From: Nitrospirota bacterium
GTDB lineage: Bacteria; Nitrospirota; UBA9217
Length of the DNA stretch: 64,000 bases
Direction: 5' to 3'
Assembly (NCBI GenBank): GCA_963754875.1
Contig: CAVWHO010000022.1
Coordinates: forward strand, 1 to 64,000
The position numbers were made by a program, and so were the translations under genes. Numbering within the stretch: position 1 is the stretch's first letter; each line of letters begins with the position of its first letter. Under the pieces are notes generated by a model. It did no database searches, was not told the origin of the DNA, and saw nothing but the letters and a program-made list of their open reading frames with translations. Shown in pieces: positions 44,531 through 53,543 of the stretch.

Positions 44531-45283
44531 CTAATGACACGATGCGGTTCCAACAGGAGGAGAAGCGCCATTTGGATTTCCGAACACATTAAATAGCGGT
44601 GTAATATTCGTTCCTGTTATTGTTGTTGAACCACCAGCACTTAGGCCAGGACCGACTGTCACACCTCCGCCATGAACAGTTCCATTAGGGCTACTACCGG
44701 TAAAAGCGTCCCCCGAAGCATTTGGACCCCAGCCACCTCCGAGACTTACTTGATTAAATGGACCGGATAAATCATTAATGGTCTGAGCATTTGAACCACT
44801 TACACTTACCCCACCCGAAACACCGCCACCGGCACCCGCGCCGCCACCTCCGGTTGTATAAACACCTATATTGCCCGATCCATCAAAGGCGATGCCAGCC
44901 GAACCTGTAAAGGTAAATGGACCCACCTGTCCGGTTACAGTTATGCCGACTTGCACGGTAGTTAACCCCAACGGATCAATAAATCTGACTGGGTTATTTC
45001 CTACATAGCGGTAGAGGTTAATTCCGCCTCTTAAGCCAATTCTGTCAGCTTCGTTGTACCTGCCGGTATTTGTGTTCAAGCCCCTGAAGTAATTGTAGAG
45101 CGAGCCCGTCTCTGCATCGAAGTACTGACCTATGCCACGTAGGTTGTTCGTGATCGAACTGGTGATATTGTATGCTTCCCCGAATGGTTTAAAATCCGCG
45201 GACCACTGAACCGTCCCGTTTGAGTCCGTCATCTTCTGGGGAGTGTCAAGATGATCTGTGTGGATCAGCCCGTACCGCGTCAC
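44531..45283 (-). CDS. Orphan Rhs core-end plus Gly-rich toxin tip, cassette C
   Basis: LIHTDHLDTPQKMTD...GGINLYRYVGNNPVRFIDPLGL plus a Gly/Ser-rich tip; the core has diverged (NLRGIGQ). Confidence 0.85.
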   Translation of the reverse strand: MTRYGLIHTDHLDTPQKMTDSNGTVQWSADFKPFGEAYNITSSITNNLRGIGQYFDAETGSLYNYFRGLNTNTGRYNEADRIGLRGGINLYRYVGNNPVRFIDPLGLTTVQVGITVTGQVGPFTFTGSAGIAFDGSGNIGVYTTGGGGAGAGGGVSGGVSVSGSNAQTINDLSGPFNQVSLGGGWGPNASGDAFTGSSPNGTVHGGGVTVGPGLSAGGSTTITGTNITPLFNVFGNPNGASPPVGTASCH

Positions 45284-45388
45284 CGACCTTTAAAGGAAAA
45301 ACCCTTTAATAATGATGTGGTCTTCAGTGATATACAACCTCCTATGACACCACTCTTTTTTCGACACTTTTTTTAGCAATCATAAGTA
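45252..45388. repeat. Rhs-cassette junction repeat, copy C (truncated, diverged)
   Basis: Core site intact; distal promoter block absent. Confidence 0.75.
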
Positions 45389-46044
45389 TCGGTGCTGGCG
45401 GTTAAGCCAAGTGGCGAAACGACGCCACCGAAGCGTAAACATCGCGTAGATCCTTGATGTGTTTCTGGGAAGTGACAAGGCGAAGAAGGCCGGTTGAAAG
45501 ACTGCGGTTCCTTCGGTCGGCCTTCTGCTTGAACATTATGAACACAATGAACACGAAAATCAGCGGCGTCGTTTTCTGCCGTTGGCTTGTTTGATTTGTC
45601 GGGCACGATGTTCCTTAATGATAATAGATAGTCGATAAAAAAGATCACAAGACTAAAAAATGAAAAAAGGATGCAGGTGCCCCATATAGCGCCGATGGAT
45701 TTTTGACAAGAATTTCCAGGATCTTTGGGATCGTAGAGAATGTCTATTGCTTGGCCTTCTTTGTAAACGCCGAATGGGTTTAGTTTTAAAAGTTCATATT
45801 CATTTCCAGTTGCATTATAAAACTTAATAATCGGAAAATTCGAAATATATGTGTCCCGCCACCCCCCGCGTCCACCTTCTATATTGTATGTAACTGGCTG
45901 ACTTCTAAACCCTTTCACGATCGCAACGGTAGGGATAGCCGCTCTCAGAAATAGAAGAGTCACAAAAAAGTGGTAAGCCGCTATGGTGAGAAATAGCAGC
46001 GCCAAAATGGTAGATGTTTTAACAGTAGCTCCTAAGATTCGCAT
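45373..46044 (-). CDS. DUF3592-like membrane protein (paralogue of 57833..58318; reads through into the repeat)
   Basis: TM, PIIKF..ATG, YKEGQAIDILYDPKDP, TM. Confidence 0.65.
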   Translation of the reverse strand: MRILGATVKTSTILALLFLTIAAYHFFVTLLFLRAAIPTVAIVKGFRSQPVTYNIEGGRGGWRDTYISNFPIIKFYNATGNEYELLKLNPFGVYKEGQAIDILYDPKDPGNSCQKSIGAIWGTCILFSFFSLVIFFIDYLLSLRNIVPDKSNKPTAENDAADFRVHCVHNVQAEGRPKEPQSFNRPSSPCHFPETHQGSTRCLRFGGVVSPLGLTASTDTYDC

Positions 46045-46156
46045 TGATGCCCAAACCAACAATTGAGCAGACCTTTCCTCAACATTCCATAATGCGTGCT
46101 GATCCTATCTTTGCGTCTTTAGTCCATTTTTCTCCCGCAACGAGACCCATACACAT

Positions 46157-46609
46157 CTAATGTTCCTTGTGGTTTGCCATTTTTATAAAAAGCCAAATTA
46201 CTCCCATAAATATGAGCGCCGATAAAACCGGCATAATCAAAGCACTTATTTGTGTTCCAAGATCAGGAGCTTTCCAAAAGTTCCATAACCGTGAATTTAG
46301 CGCTAAGAAGATAGCAAGAGCTGGAAAACTATAATAAAAAGCTTCTTTTCTAAAAACATAAAAAAGAAGATAGCCAGAAATTGTCGCCGATATTAACGCT
46401 GAGATTGAAGTAGATATAATATTTAGACATATGGTCAAGATCAAGATAACTATCTCTGACTTTATCGTTGAAGCGCGCAGTGAGATAAAATCAAAGCTCC
46501 AGTTAAACAGTAAATGGTTTACATACCCAAAAACAAATCGGAAGATTAGCCCTATACAAAATGCATAGCACCAGGATATCAATTTATTTTTGCGGATTAG
46601 AGCAACCAT
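46157..46609 (-). CDS. Multi-TM candidate immunity protein, cassette D (paralogue of 58385..58867)
   Basis: KNKLISWCYA...LWNFWKAPDLG...; directly downstream of the tip. Confidence 0.65.
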   Translation of the reverse strand: MVALIRKNKLISWCYAFCIGLIFRFVFGYVNHLLFNWSFDFISLRASTIKSEIVILILTICLNIISTSISALISATISGYLLFYVFRKEAFYYSFPALAIFLALNSRLWNFWKAPDLGTQISALIMPVLSALIFMGVIWLFIKMANHKEH

Positions 46610-46622
46610 GCTTATCCTCTTA

Positions 46623-47216
46623 TTAATACATGTAGAATATCCACTTCCATTCAAGACAACAATCTTTAGGGGGAGCATGACAAACACCGGGTTCCTGCGG
46701 GCAGGGTTTTGCACAAACCCGCTTGAAGCTCCATATCTGCCCCGTTCTATCTCCCAAATTAAAATCGGTCAGACCGGTAGCAATACTGTTAAGCGATCCT
46801 GCCGCTCCCGCATTACCAGGATAACTGGATGGCCCCGATCCTGAAGTCGCGTCGTCTAATCCTTTTGAGTCAACTCGATTCATGGGACTATTCCTCACAT
46901 AGAGATAATCATGAAGATGGCCAGGAGTCATAACAAAAGCAGAGGGGACAAAATATGTTGCACGGTTGTGGATAAAGGGTAACAACAATGGGTCCGATTC
47001 CAGATAACGCCCAATCACAGGATTGTAGTCCCTATAATAATTGTAATTCAGCCCCGTCTCCGCATCGAAGTACTGCCCCGGGAATCTCAGGTTGTTCGTG
47101 ATCGTTGATGCGGTGACCGTAGCTTCGCCGAATGGTTTGTAGTCAGCAGACCAGACGACCGCGCCGGTTCCGTCCGTCATCTTTTGTGGGGTGCCAAGAT
47201 GATCTGTGTGGATCAT
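46623..47216 (-). CDS. Orphan Rhs core-end plus Cys-rich tip, cassette D
   Basis: MIHTDHLGTPQKMTD...YVRNSPMNRVDSKGL-DDATSGSGPSSYPG...CAKPCP...CH...CC.EWK. Confidence 0.88.
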   Translation of the reverse strand: MIHTDHLGTPQKMTDGTGAVVWSADYKPFGEATVTASTITNNLRFPGQYFDAETGLNYNYYRDYNPVIGRYLESDPLLLPFIHNRATYFVPSAFVMTPGHLHDYLYVRNSPMNRVDSKGLDDATSGSGPSSYPGNAGAAGSLNSIATGLTDFNLGDRTGQIWSFKRVCAKPCPQEPGVCHAPPKDCCLEWKWIFYMY

Positions 47217-47383
47217 CCCGTCCAGCGGCCTCGGCTCATATGGAAAAAACGCCGTATCTATGCAGTCTTCCGAGCACTATATCCTATTACGACACCTCGC
47301 CGATTAAGCCTCTTTTTTCAAAGATCGTAGGTGTACTTGGATGTGATGGTCTATTAAATCATTGATCAAAACTCAAGTCAAGC
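47200..47383. repeat. Rhs-cassette junction repeat, copy D (adjacent to the recombinase element)
   Basis: GATGATC-TGTGTG-GATCATC core plus all conserved blocks. Confidence 0.85.
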
Positions 47384-47465
47384 GATTAAGTATGTATTGA
47401 CTCTGGAGGGGTGTGAGGAACTAAAAAAATCACGCGAGCATAGTGCTCCGTAATTTTGCAGGAAG

Positions 47466-47852
47466 TTACCATTCCGCTCTAACGGGATACTTCGTGATAC
47501 GAGGATCGGGTGTGAGGATAATGTGCCCGCCAGCAATCGCCTGGCAGACGAGTATTCGGTCGAAGGGGTCTTTGTGATAATCGGGGAGACGGGAAAGCTG
47601 CAATACTGAGGCTTCGTCCAAAGGCAAAGAGTCAATCTCGTGGCGCGTGCGCCACTTCTTGATAAATTCGTGCGCAGGCTCGGGCAACGGTAATTTGCCC
47701 AGTTTGTTTTTGACGATGATCTCCCACGCGGACGCTACGCTTAAGTAAACCTCGTTGCCTGGATCGGAGAAGAGATGACGCGCAGTATCAGATAGCTCAG
47801 GACTGCCAGATGCAATCCACAGGAACGTACAGGTATCCAGAAGAAGGTTCAC
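47466..47852 (-). CDS. vapC: VapC-family PIN toxin
   Basis: LLLDTCTFLW...YLSVASAWEI...HKDPFDRILVCQA...LTPD. Confidence 0.92.
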   Translation of the reverse strand: MNLLLDTCTFLWIASGSPELSDTARHLFSDPGNEVYLSVASAWEIIVKNKLGKLPLPEPAHEFIKKWRTRHEIDSLPLDEASVLQLSRLPDYHKDPFDRILVCQAIAGGHIILTPDPRITKYPVRAEW

Positions 47853-48094
47853 GATTCTTCACCGCGAAACTGGGCAAGTGTTTCCTCGGGCAGATCTTCG
47901 AAGAACGAGGCAGGCACCTTGAATTTCCCTTTTGCCAAGCCGATGGAGCGCGGCTTGTGCCGATGAACCGCGAGCGGACGCAGTTCAGCAACCGGCTGGT
48001 TCCGCCGACACAGCAAGACGGTTTCCCCATGCTCTACTTCTTCGACGTAGTGAGACAAATGAGTTTTGGCTTCGTGCATATTTATTTTTTTCAT
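47849..48094 (-). CDS. Phd/YefM-family antitoxin
   Basis: INMHEAKTHLSHYVEEVEHGETVLLCRRNQPVAELRP; GTGA overlap with vapC. Confidence 0.92.
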   Translation of the reverse strand: MKKINMHEAKTHLSHYVEEVEHGETVLLCRRNQPVAELRPLAVHRHKPRSIGLAKGKFKVPASFFEDLPEETLAQFRGEES

Positions 48095-48100
48095 GGTTCA

Positions 48101-48129
48101 ATACTAACCTAAGTAGTGGACTAAGTCAA
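48101..48129 (-). promoter_or_regulatory. Sigma70-like promoter of the TA operon (probably leaderless mRNA)
   Basis: TTGACT-17 bp-TAGTAT, ending 6 nt before the ATG. Confidence 0.55.
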
Positions 48130-48139
48130 GAAGGGATTT

Positions 48140-49072
48140 TCAATCCCGGTCCTTCTCCCTTGGGTGGCATTTGGTGTGGACTTCTTTGAGATCAGCGATA
48201 CTGACTGACGTATAAATCTGGGTCGTTTCGAGTGATGCATGCCCAAGCATCTCCTGGATGTGATGTATGTTGGCCTTGTTTCTGAGCATAAGCGTTGCGC
48301 ACGTGTGCCTGAAGGTATGAGGCGATATATTCTTCTTGATCTTCGTTTTTTTGCCGTAAATCTTCACCAGCTCCCATACCCTGTTTTTTGATAGTTTAGT
48401 CCCGTTAATGGTGAGGAATAGATGATTGTCCGTCGGGTCTTTAACGAGCATGGGTCTTACCGCCTTTACGTAGTTTTCTATGTATCTGCATGCGATCTTG
48501 CCGATCGGGACGACACGGTCCTTGCTTCCTTTTCCACTGTTCACTCTGACGTAGCCCTCGTAATAGTCCACATCCGCAAGCTGCAGGTTAATCAGTTCGT
48601 TCCTTCTGATCCCGGTTGAGTACAAGACCTCGAGGATGGTCCGGTCCCGGTATCCAGTAGCGGTTTTTGTGTTGGGTGCATGGATAACCTTCTTCGCTTC
48701 CGGTCCCGTCAAAATCGAGCGGGGCAGTCTCCTGGGCGTCCTGGCATAGGATATGTCTTTGGCCGGATCGCTCACGAGGTAGTTCTTTTCGACGAGGAAG
48801 CGGAAGAAGCCTTTCAAGGCCTTTAAGGTGTTGTTCTGGTGGAAGACGCTATTTGGTTCCCCCCGGCTGTTGACCATCTCGTAAATGTGAGCCTGGTAAT
48901 CATGTACGATTTCTTTTGCGACCTTGCTGACTTTGGTGACGCCTTGCTCTTCGATCCAAGCGAAGAAGCGGTTAAGAAAATAGATATGTCTCTTGATCGT
49001 TTCGGGGGCATAGTGAATGACCGTAAGGTGCTGGCGGTATGTTTCTTTTAATGTATTAAAGTCGTTATTCAT
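48140..49072 (-). CDS. XerC/D-like tyrosine recombinase 2
   Basis: YSTGIRRNE, GKGSKDR, SPHTFRHTCAT, LGHASLETTQIYT, HPRE. Confidence 0.92.
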   Translation of the reverse strand: MNNDFNTLKETYRQHLTVIHYAPETIKRHIYFLNRFFAWIEEQGVTKVSKVAKEIVHDYQAHIYEMVNSRGEPNSVFHQNNTLKALKGFFRFLVEKNYLVSDPAKDISYARTPRRLPRSILTGPEAKKVIHAPNTKTATGYRDRTILEVLYSTGIRRNELINLQLADVDYYEGYVRVNSGKGSKDRVVPIGKIACRYIENYVKAVRPMLVKDPTDNHLFLTINGTKLSKNRVWELVKIYGKKTKIKKNISPHTFRHTCATLMLRNKANIHHIQEMLGHASLETTQIYTSVSIADLKEVHTKCHPREKDRD

Positions 49073-50054
49073 GATGAGGCTGCCCCTTCTTAAACCGGAT
49101 GTCGGGAACAGCGTCTACTCGCTCGTCTTTATCACGTTCTCTCGGATGGCTCATGTCATGGGTCTTCTTTACGTCAACGCCGGCAACGCGGAGGTAGATG
49201 TTCGTTGCGCTTAAGTTCGAGTGACCGAGCATCTTCCGGACTGCGGTGATGTCGGCGCCGTTTCTGACAAGCTCCGTTGCGAACGTATGCCGAAAGGTGT
49301 GGGGCGTCACTTTCTTTGTAATCCCGGCTTTCCTTGCATAGTCTCTCACCATGAGCTCAATCACCTGCTTGGAGAGCGGTCCGTTAAAGCGGCTGACGAA
49401 AAGGTTCTTAACGGCTTTGTTCTTTTTCGTATGTTGTGGACGCACGCGTGTGAAGTAGTCTTTTAAAAACCTTACCGCATGTTTGCCGAGAGGTATAAAT
49501 CTGTCCTTGGAAAATTTGCCTTTAACCCGTATCAGACCGCCCTGGAGATCGCAGTCGAAGATGGTAAGCTTTATCAGCTCTTCAAGCCTGATGCCAGTTG
49601 AGTAGAGGACTTCGAGCATGGCACGGGCACGAATTCCGCTGATAGTGTTTAGCCTCGGCTGTGCTAGGATCCTCCTAACCTCGACTTCGCTCAGGACATT
49701 TCTCGGGAGACGTGTTTCTTTCTTCGGCTCTTTGATGTGCTCAGCCGGGTTGATGAGGATCGTACCGCTGTCTTCGAGGTATTTGAAGAAGCGCTTCATC
49801 GCCCTGGTCTTTGTGCAGATTGTGCCAACGCTGTACTTGTTGTTCGTCCGCGTGCTTGTGTGGTCCATGATCTTGAGCTGGTACGCATGGAGATGATCGC
49901 GGGTAACGCGCTTCACGTCTGTTATGCCACGTTCCTTGAGATAGGCAAACAGGCCAGGGAGGTGTTCGCAGTAAGCCGCAATACTGGCAGGAGAGTAATT
50001 CTTCACCTTCATGTGTTCGGTGAACCTGGAGAGATGATGGTCAAAGCCGTTCAT
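49065..50054 (-). CDS. XerC/D-like tyrosine recombinase 1
   Basis: YSTGIRLEE, KGKFSKDR, TPHTFRHTFAT, LGHSNLSATNIYL, HPRE; overlaps recombinase 2. Confidence 0.92.
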   Translation of the reverse strand: MNGFDHHLSRFTEHMKVKNYSPASIAAYCEHLPGLFAYLKERGITDVKRVTRDHLHAYQLKIMDHTSTRTNNKYSVGTICTKTRAMKRFFKYLEDSGTILINPAEHIKEPKKETRLPRNVLSEVEVRRILAQPRLNTISGIRARAMLEVLYSTGIRLEELIKLTIFDCDLQGGLIRVKGKFSKDRFIPLGKHAVRFLKDYFTRVRPQHTKKNKAVKNLFVSRFNGPLSKQVIELMVRDYARKAGITKKVTPHTFRHTFATELVRNGADITAVRKMLGHSNLSATNIYLRVAGVDVKKTHDMSHPRERDKDERVDAVPDIRFKKGQPHHE

Positions 50055-50196
50055 GATTCGCCTCGTTATATATGTATGATCGATGTTTTTCACGCATCCG
50101 GTATATATGCTTTTCTTTAAAACCGCCAAGATGCTGTTCGTAAGTGAGATAATACTATGTTAATTAATAGTTTTTTCTTGATTCATACTTGCACTA

Positions 50197-52788
50197 CTAC
50201 TGCCCTCCAACCGCCCTCCTGGTACCCTCCAACTGGTCTTTTTTGCCCTCCAAGTTTTTGGCCTTCTCCTTGAGCTGTTCGATACTCGTCAGTCCCATGA
50301 GGAAGGGCTTACCGTCCTCGCCTCCGCCCGGATAGAGAAGCTCGTAGACGTATTCCTTGCCTTTCTTGCCGGCAACGGAGTAGATGTACTCCAGGTCTTC
50401 GAGCTGCCGTACATGGCACTTGGTCTGAAAGTCGCTCCATTTGGTCCATTCGCGTATGTTCTTCCGCGTGAAACGGTATGCCTTGGGTTCGATGTTCTGC
50501 CGTTTGCATTCGGCCTCGACCATGCCGCGGATCATCTTGAGCAGAAGGCGAGATGGTGGGGAGAGCTCGTCGAGCGTGCGACCAAGGATCTCGGCAGCCA
50601 GGTTGTTGGCCTTCTCGATGTCGTTTAATGTCACTTCGATGTATTGGATGGCTGAGCCATTCTGCTGCACGGTCTTGATCTCCCGCTGGTATTGATGCAG
50701 GAAGGCAATGGCCTTGATCAGGCCCAGATACTTCTTGTGGTCCCTTCTCGCACGTAAGGACTCCGAGGAGAAGGTTAGATGTGAAGCAAAGGGGTTGATG
50801 ATGTAAAGAGGCCGTAAGATGCGCTGCGCGTTATGATGCCGCATCGTGACATGCCCGGTCTCTGTCTTCCTGAACAGACCTTCGATCGTTTCGTTCTCAC
50901 GCTGCTTCTGGAGGATGCGCTCGGTCATCTCTTTTGACTCGTCTACCGTGAGGATTATGAAGCGGTTGGATGTTTCGTAGTCCAACTCTGCCTCGGTCGT
51001 GGTGATCATAAGGGACACGGGGCCCTTTACCTTATACTCTTCAGTCATGAGCTTGCCGGTGGCCGAGTCCTTGCCTGTGGCGGCGATGGAGAGGTATTTT
51101 GAAGACTGGATGTTTCTGATAGAATAGGATGCGTCCCGCGCACCGTGCTCTTCCTCGATGGCAAGGAGCTTATGGACCAGGCTGTATTCCCCTTTATAGA
51201 ACAAGGCCTGACCGGTTAAGCGGGTGTATTTGATGTAATCTTCCGGAGGGATGAGAGAGAGCACGGCATCCTGCAGCGTGCTCTTGCCGGCAGCGCTCCG
51301 GGACTGGACCAGGACGGACAAGGGTTCCTCGAGCTTTCTGCTTGTTGCCGAGAGATAGCCCATGAGCTTGTTTGCATCTTCTCCGGTGATCCCTACGGTC
51401 TCGAAGTCAACGAGGATGCGGGTGAAAAGTTCCGGGTCTTTGAGAAACGCCAGGGCCTCGTCTTCTTCATCCCTGGTCATCTTTGGTATGGAAGAGGCGT
51501 CTCTGTTTTCAGGAATCCAGGACTCGGCCAGGTCGATAAGCTTAGAAATGTCTTCAGTCACGATCTCTTCTTTCTCGGAGAAGAGCACGGAGCAGGCTTT
51601 GGCGAAGAAAAGTCGGCTTCGATTGGAGTAAAGGTCTACGGTATCGAGATGGAAGGGCGGTGCTTTATCGCCTGGTTTCTGCTTAGCTGCCTTGATCGTC
51701 GCTTTGAGCTTCACGCCTTCTCTCACAATCCCGCGCACGTCGTAGCGCCGATCTTCGTACTGTACGACAAGACCGGTGTCGGTCTTTTCATATGCCTTTT
51801 GTTCGCTATTCACGATCTTGTCGGACCGAATCGATACACCTGAGTTGGATTCGCGTAAGAGTTCCTCGAAGACAGCGGGAGCGTTTGCGGTTAAGAGAAA
51901 AAAGGAGTTGATATCCACGTTGCCCGCGTTTGTTGGCAGCGGGACCTCTGGGAGCTGCACGATATACGGCTCGATGCCTTTCCCCTTTAACTGCGCTGCT
52001 ACGGTCTTAGCATCAATGTTGCCGACGTCGTCTTTGTCGAAGCAGATATAGACTTCTTTAACCTGGCTATTAGTGATAATGTCTAACTGGTCCCGAGTGA
52101 AGCCCTGCGCGTCGCAGCAGGGAATCACGTCTTTAAAACCGGCATTATAGAGAGTGAGCATGTCTATTATGGATTTTGTGAGGATTATTGATTTTGATCT
52201 GTTTGCCGCCTGATAGTTGAAGATACTGCAACGAGAACCTGGGAGATACACGTGAGAGGGTTCGCCGTCCGTAATCTTGCGGCCGTAGAGACTGACGCAG
52301 TTTTTATTAGTATCTAAGATCGGAAAGACTGCACAGCCGTGAAACATCTCGTTACCGTGTTCGTTTAGGATTCCGATCTCCTTGAGGGCTTCGCGGATAT
52401 CGCCTTCTTCCGGGATGGTATTTATCAGAGTGCCGTTGCTGTAGCCGATCGTAAAGTCTGCGAAAATAGAGTTGCCCGTTATCCCGCGAGAGTGAAGATA
52501 CTCTAAGGCCCGGCGGTCTTCGCAAAAGGTTTTATGATAGAAGGAAACGACGCGGTTTAAAAGATGAGTGTGGTTGATGAATGATTCCGGGTCGGGGGGT
52601 TCCTTTGCCTTCTTCTCCGGATTCTTTCCTCTGAGCTTATTGGCTGTCTCACATGTGTATTCTGGTGAATTCAGGCAGGCATTCGGTTTCGTTTCGGGCA
52701 CGCATTCCGATTCAATTCGGGCACTCTCCAACGGGATAACCGATTGCTGGGTTAAAGCTACTATCTCATAGGGATTTTGACTTGTCAA
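50197..52788 (-). CDS. DnaG-like toprim plus P-loop ATPase protein; native 5' end separated by IS21 (native ATG 55319)
   Basis: ALEYLHSRGI..IGYSNG..FHGCAVFPI..LYGRKI, toprim-like IILTKSIID / CFDKDDVG, Walker A SRSAAGKS. The first ~45 codons lie inside the IS end. Confidence 0.8.
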   Translation of the reverse strand: MTSQNPYEIVALTQQSVIPLESARIESECVPETKPNACLNSPEYTCETANKLRGKNPEKKAKEPPDPESFINHTHLLNRVVSFYHKTFCEDRRALEYLHSRGITGNSIFADFTIGYSNGTLINTIPEEGDIREALKEIGILNEHGNEMFHGCAVFPILDTNKNCVSLYGRKITDGEPSHVYLPGSRCSIFNYQAANRSKSIILTKSIIDMLTLYNAGFKDVIPCCDAQGFTRDQLDIITNSQVKEVYICFDKDDVGNIDAKTVAAQLKGKGIEPYIVQLPEVPLPTNAGNVDINSFFLLTANAPAVFEELLRESNSGVSIRSDKIVNSEQKAYEKTDTGLVVQYEDRRYDVRGIVREGVKLKATIKAAKQKPGDKAPPFHLDTVDLYSNRSRLFFAKACSVLFSEKEEIVTEDISKLIDLAESWIPENRDASSIPKMTRDEEDEALAFLKDPELFTRILVDFETVGITGEDANKLMGYLSATSRKLEEPLSVLVQSRSAAGKSTLQDAVLSLIPPEDYIKYTRLTGQALFYKGEYSLVHKLLAIEEEHGARDASYSIRNIQSSKYLSIAATGKDSATGKLMTEEYKVKGPVSLMITTTEAELDYETSNRFIILTVDESKEMTERILQKQRENETIEGLFRKTETGHVTMRHHNAQRILRPLYIINPFASHLTFSSESLRARRDHKKYLGLIKAIAFLHQYQREIKTVQQNGSAIQYIEVTLNDIEKANNLAAEILGRTLDELSPPSRLLLKMIRGMVEAECKRQNIEPKAYRFTRKNIREWTKWSDFQTKCHVRQLEDLEYIYSVAGKKGKEYVYELLYPGGGEDGKPFLMGLTSIEQLKEKAKNLEGKKDQLEGTRRAVGGQ

Positions 52789-53525
52789 CGATTGATCTTT
52801 GATTTGCTCTTTCTCATTGATTCTCCTTTCAGGTCTATTTTGTAGGCGTTATGCACCAGACGGTCCATGATAGCGTCAGCCAAGGTCGGGTCGGCCAGGA
52901 TATCATGCCAGTGCTTAACCGGCATTTGGGTAGTTATGAGGGTCGACCGGCGATCATAACGGTCCTCGATGATTTCCAGAAGATCTCTTTGCTGTTCCGT
53001 CGTGAGCGGAGCAAGTCCGAAGTCGTCGAGGACAAGCAGGTCTGCCTTGAGAAGTGACTTCATCAGTTTCCGATACCGTCCGTCGTGATGCGATAGGGCC
53101 AGATCTTCAAGAAGCCTCGGCAGCCTCTGATACACGACGGCATGACCATCACGGCAGGCTTTGTGGGACAGGGCGCAGGCAAGATAGCTCTTTCCCACGC
53201 CGGTCGGGCCGATGATAAGCAGATTGTGATGCTCGATAATCCACTGGTTCGACGCAAGCGACAGAATGAGCGATTTGTCCAGCCCTCGGGGCTGACGGAA
53301 GTCGATGTCTTCGACAGAGGCAGAGATTCGTAGTTTTGCAACCCGTAAGCGCGTAACAAGCCGTCTGTTCTCTCGTTCTGTCAGTTCTCGGTCAATAAGG
53401 AGCCCAAGCCGCTCCTCAAAGCTTAGTGAAGTCGCTTTTTGATTCTGCAGTTGTTCACGCAGGGCTTTTGCCATGCCAAAAAGACGGAGTTGTTCGATCT
53501 TGTCGAGTGTGGGATGCGCTAACAT
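52785..53525 (-). CDS. istB: IS21 helper ATPase IstB
   Basis: GPTGVGKSYLACAL, LLVLDDFG, ADAIMDRLVHNAY..LKGESMRK. Confidence 0.96.
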   Translation of the reverse strand: MLAHPTLDKIEQLRLFGMAKALREQLQNQKATSLSFEERLGLLIDRELTERENRRLVTRLRVAKLRISASVEDIDFRQPRGLDKSLILSLASNQWIIEHHNLLIIGPTGVGKSYLACALSHKACRDGHAVVYQRLPRLLEDLALSHHDGRYRKLMKSLLKADLLVLDDFGLAPLTTEQQRDLLEIIEDRYDRRSTLITTQMPVKHWHDILADPTLADAIMDRLVHNAYKIDLKGESMRKSKSKINR

Positions 53526-53543
53526 AATAGTCTCCTTTTGCAG

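Noticed and set aside
48140..50054. Housekeeping xerC/xerD
   Set aside because: They form a tandem pair inside an accessory toprim/TA/Rhs module, so no gene symbols were assigned.
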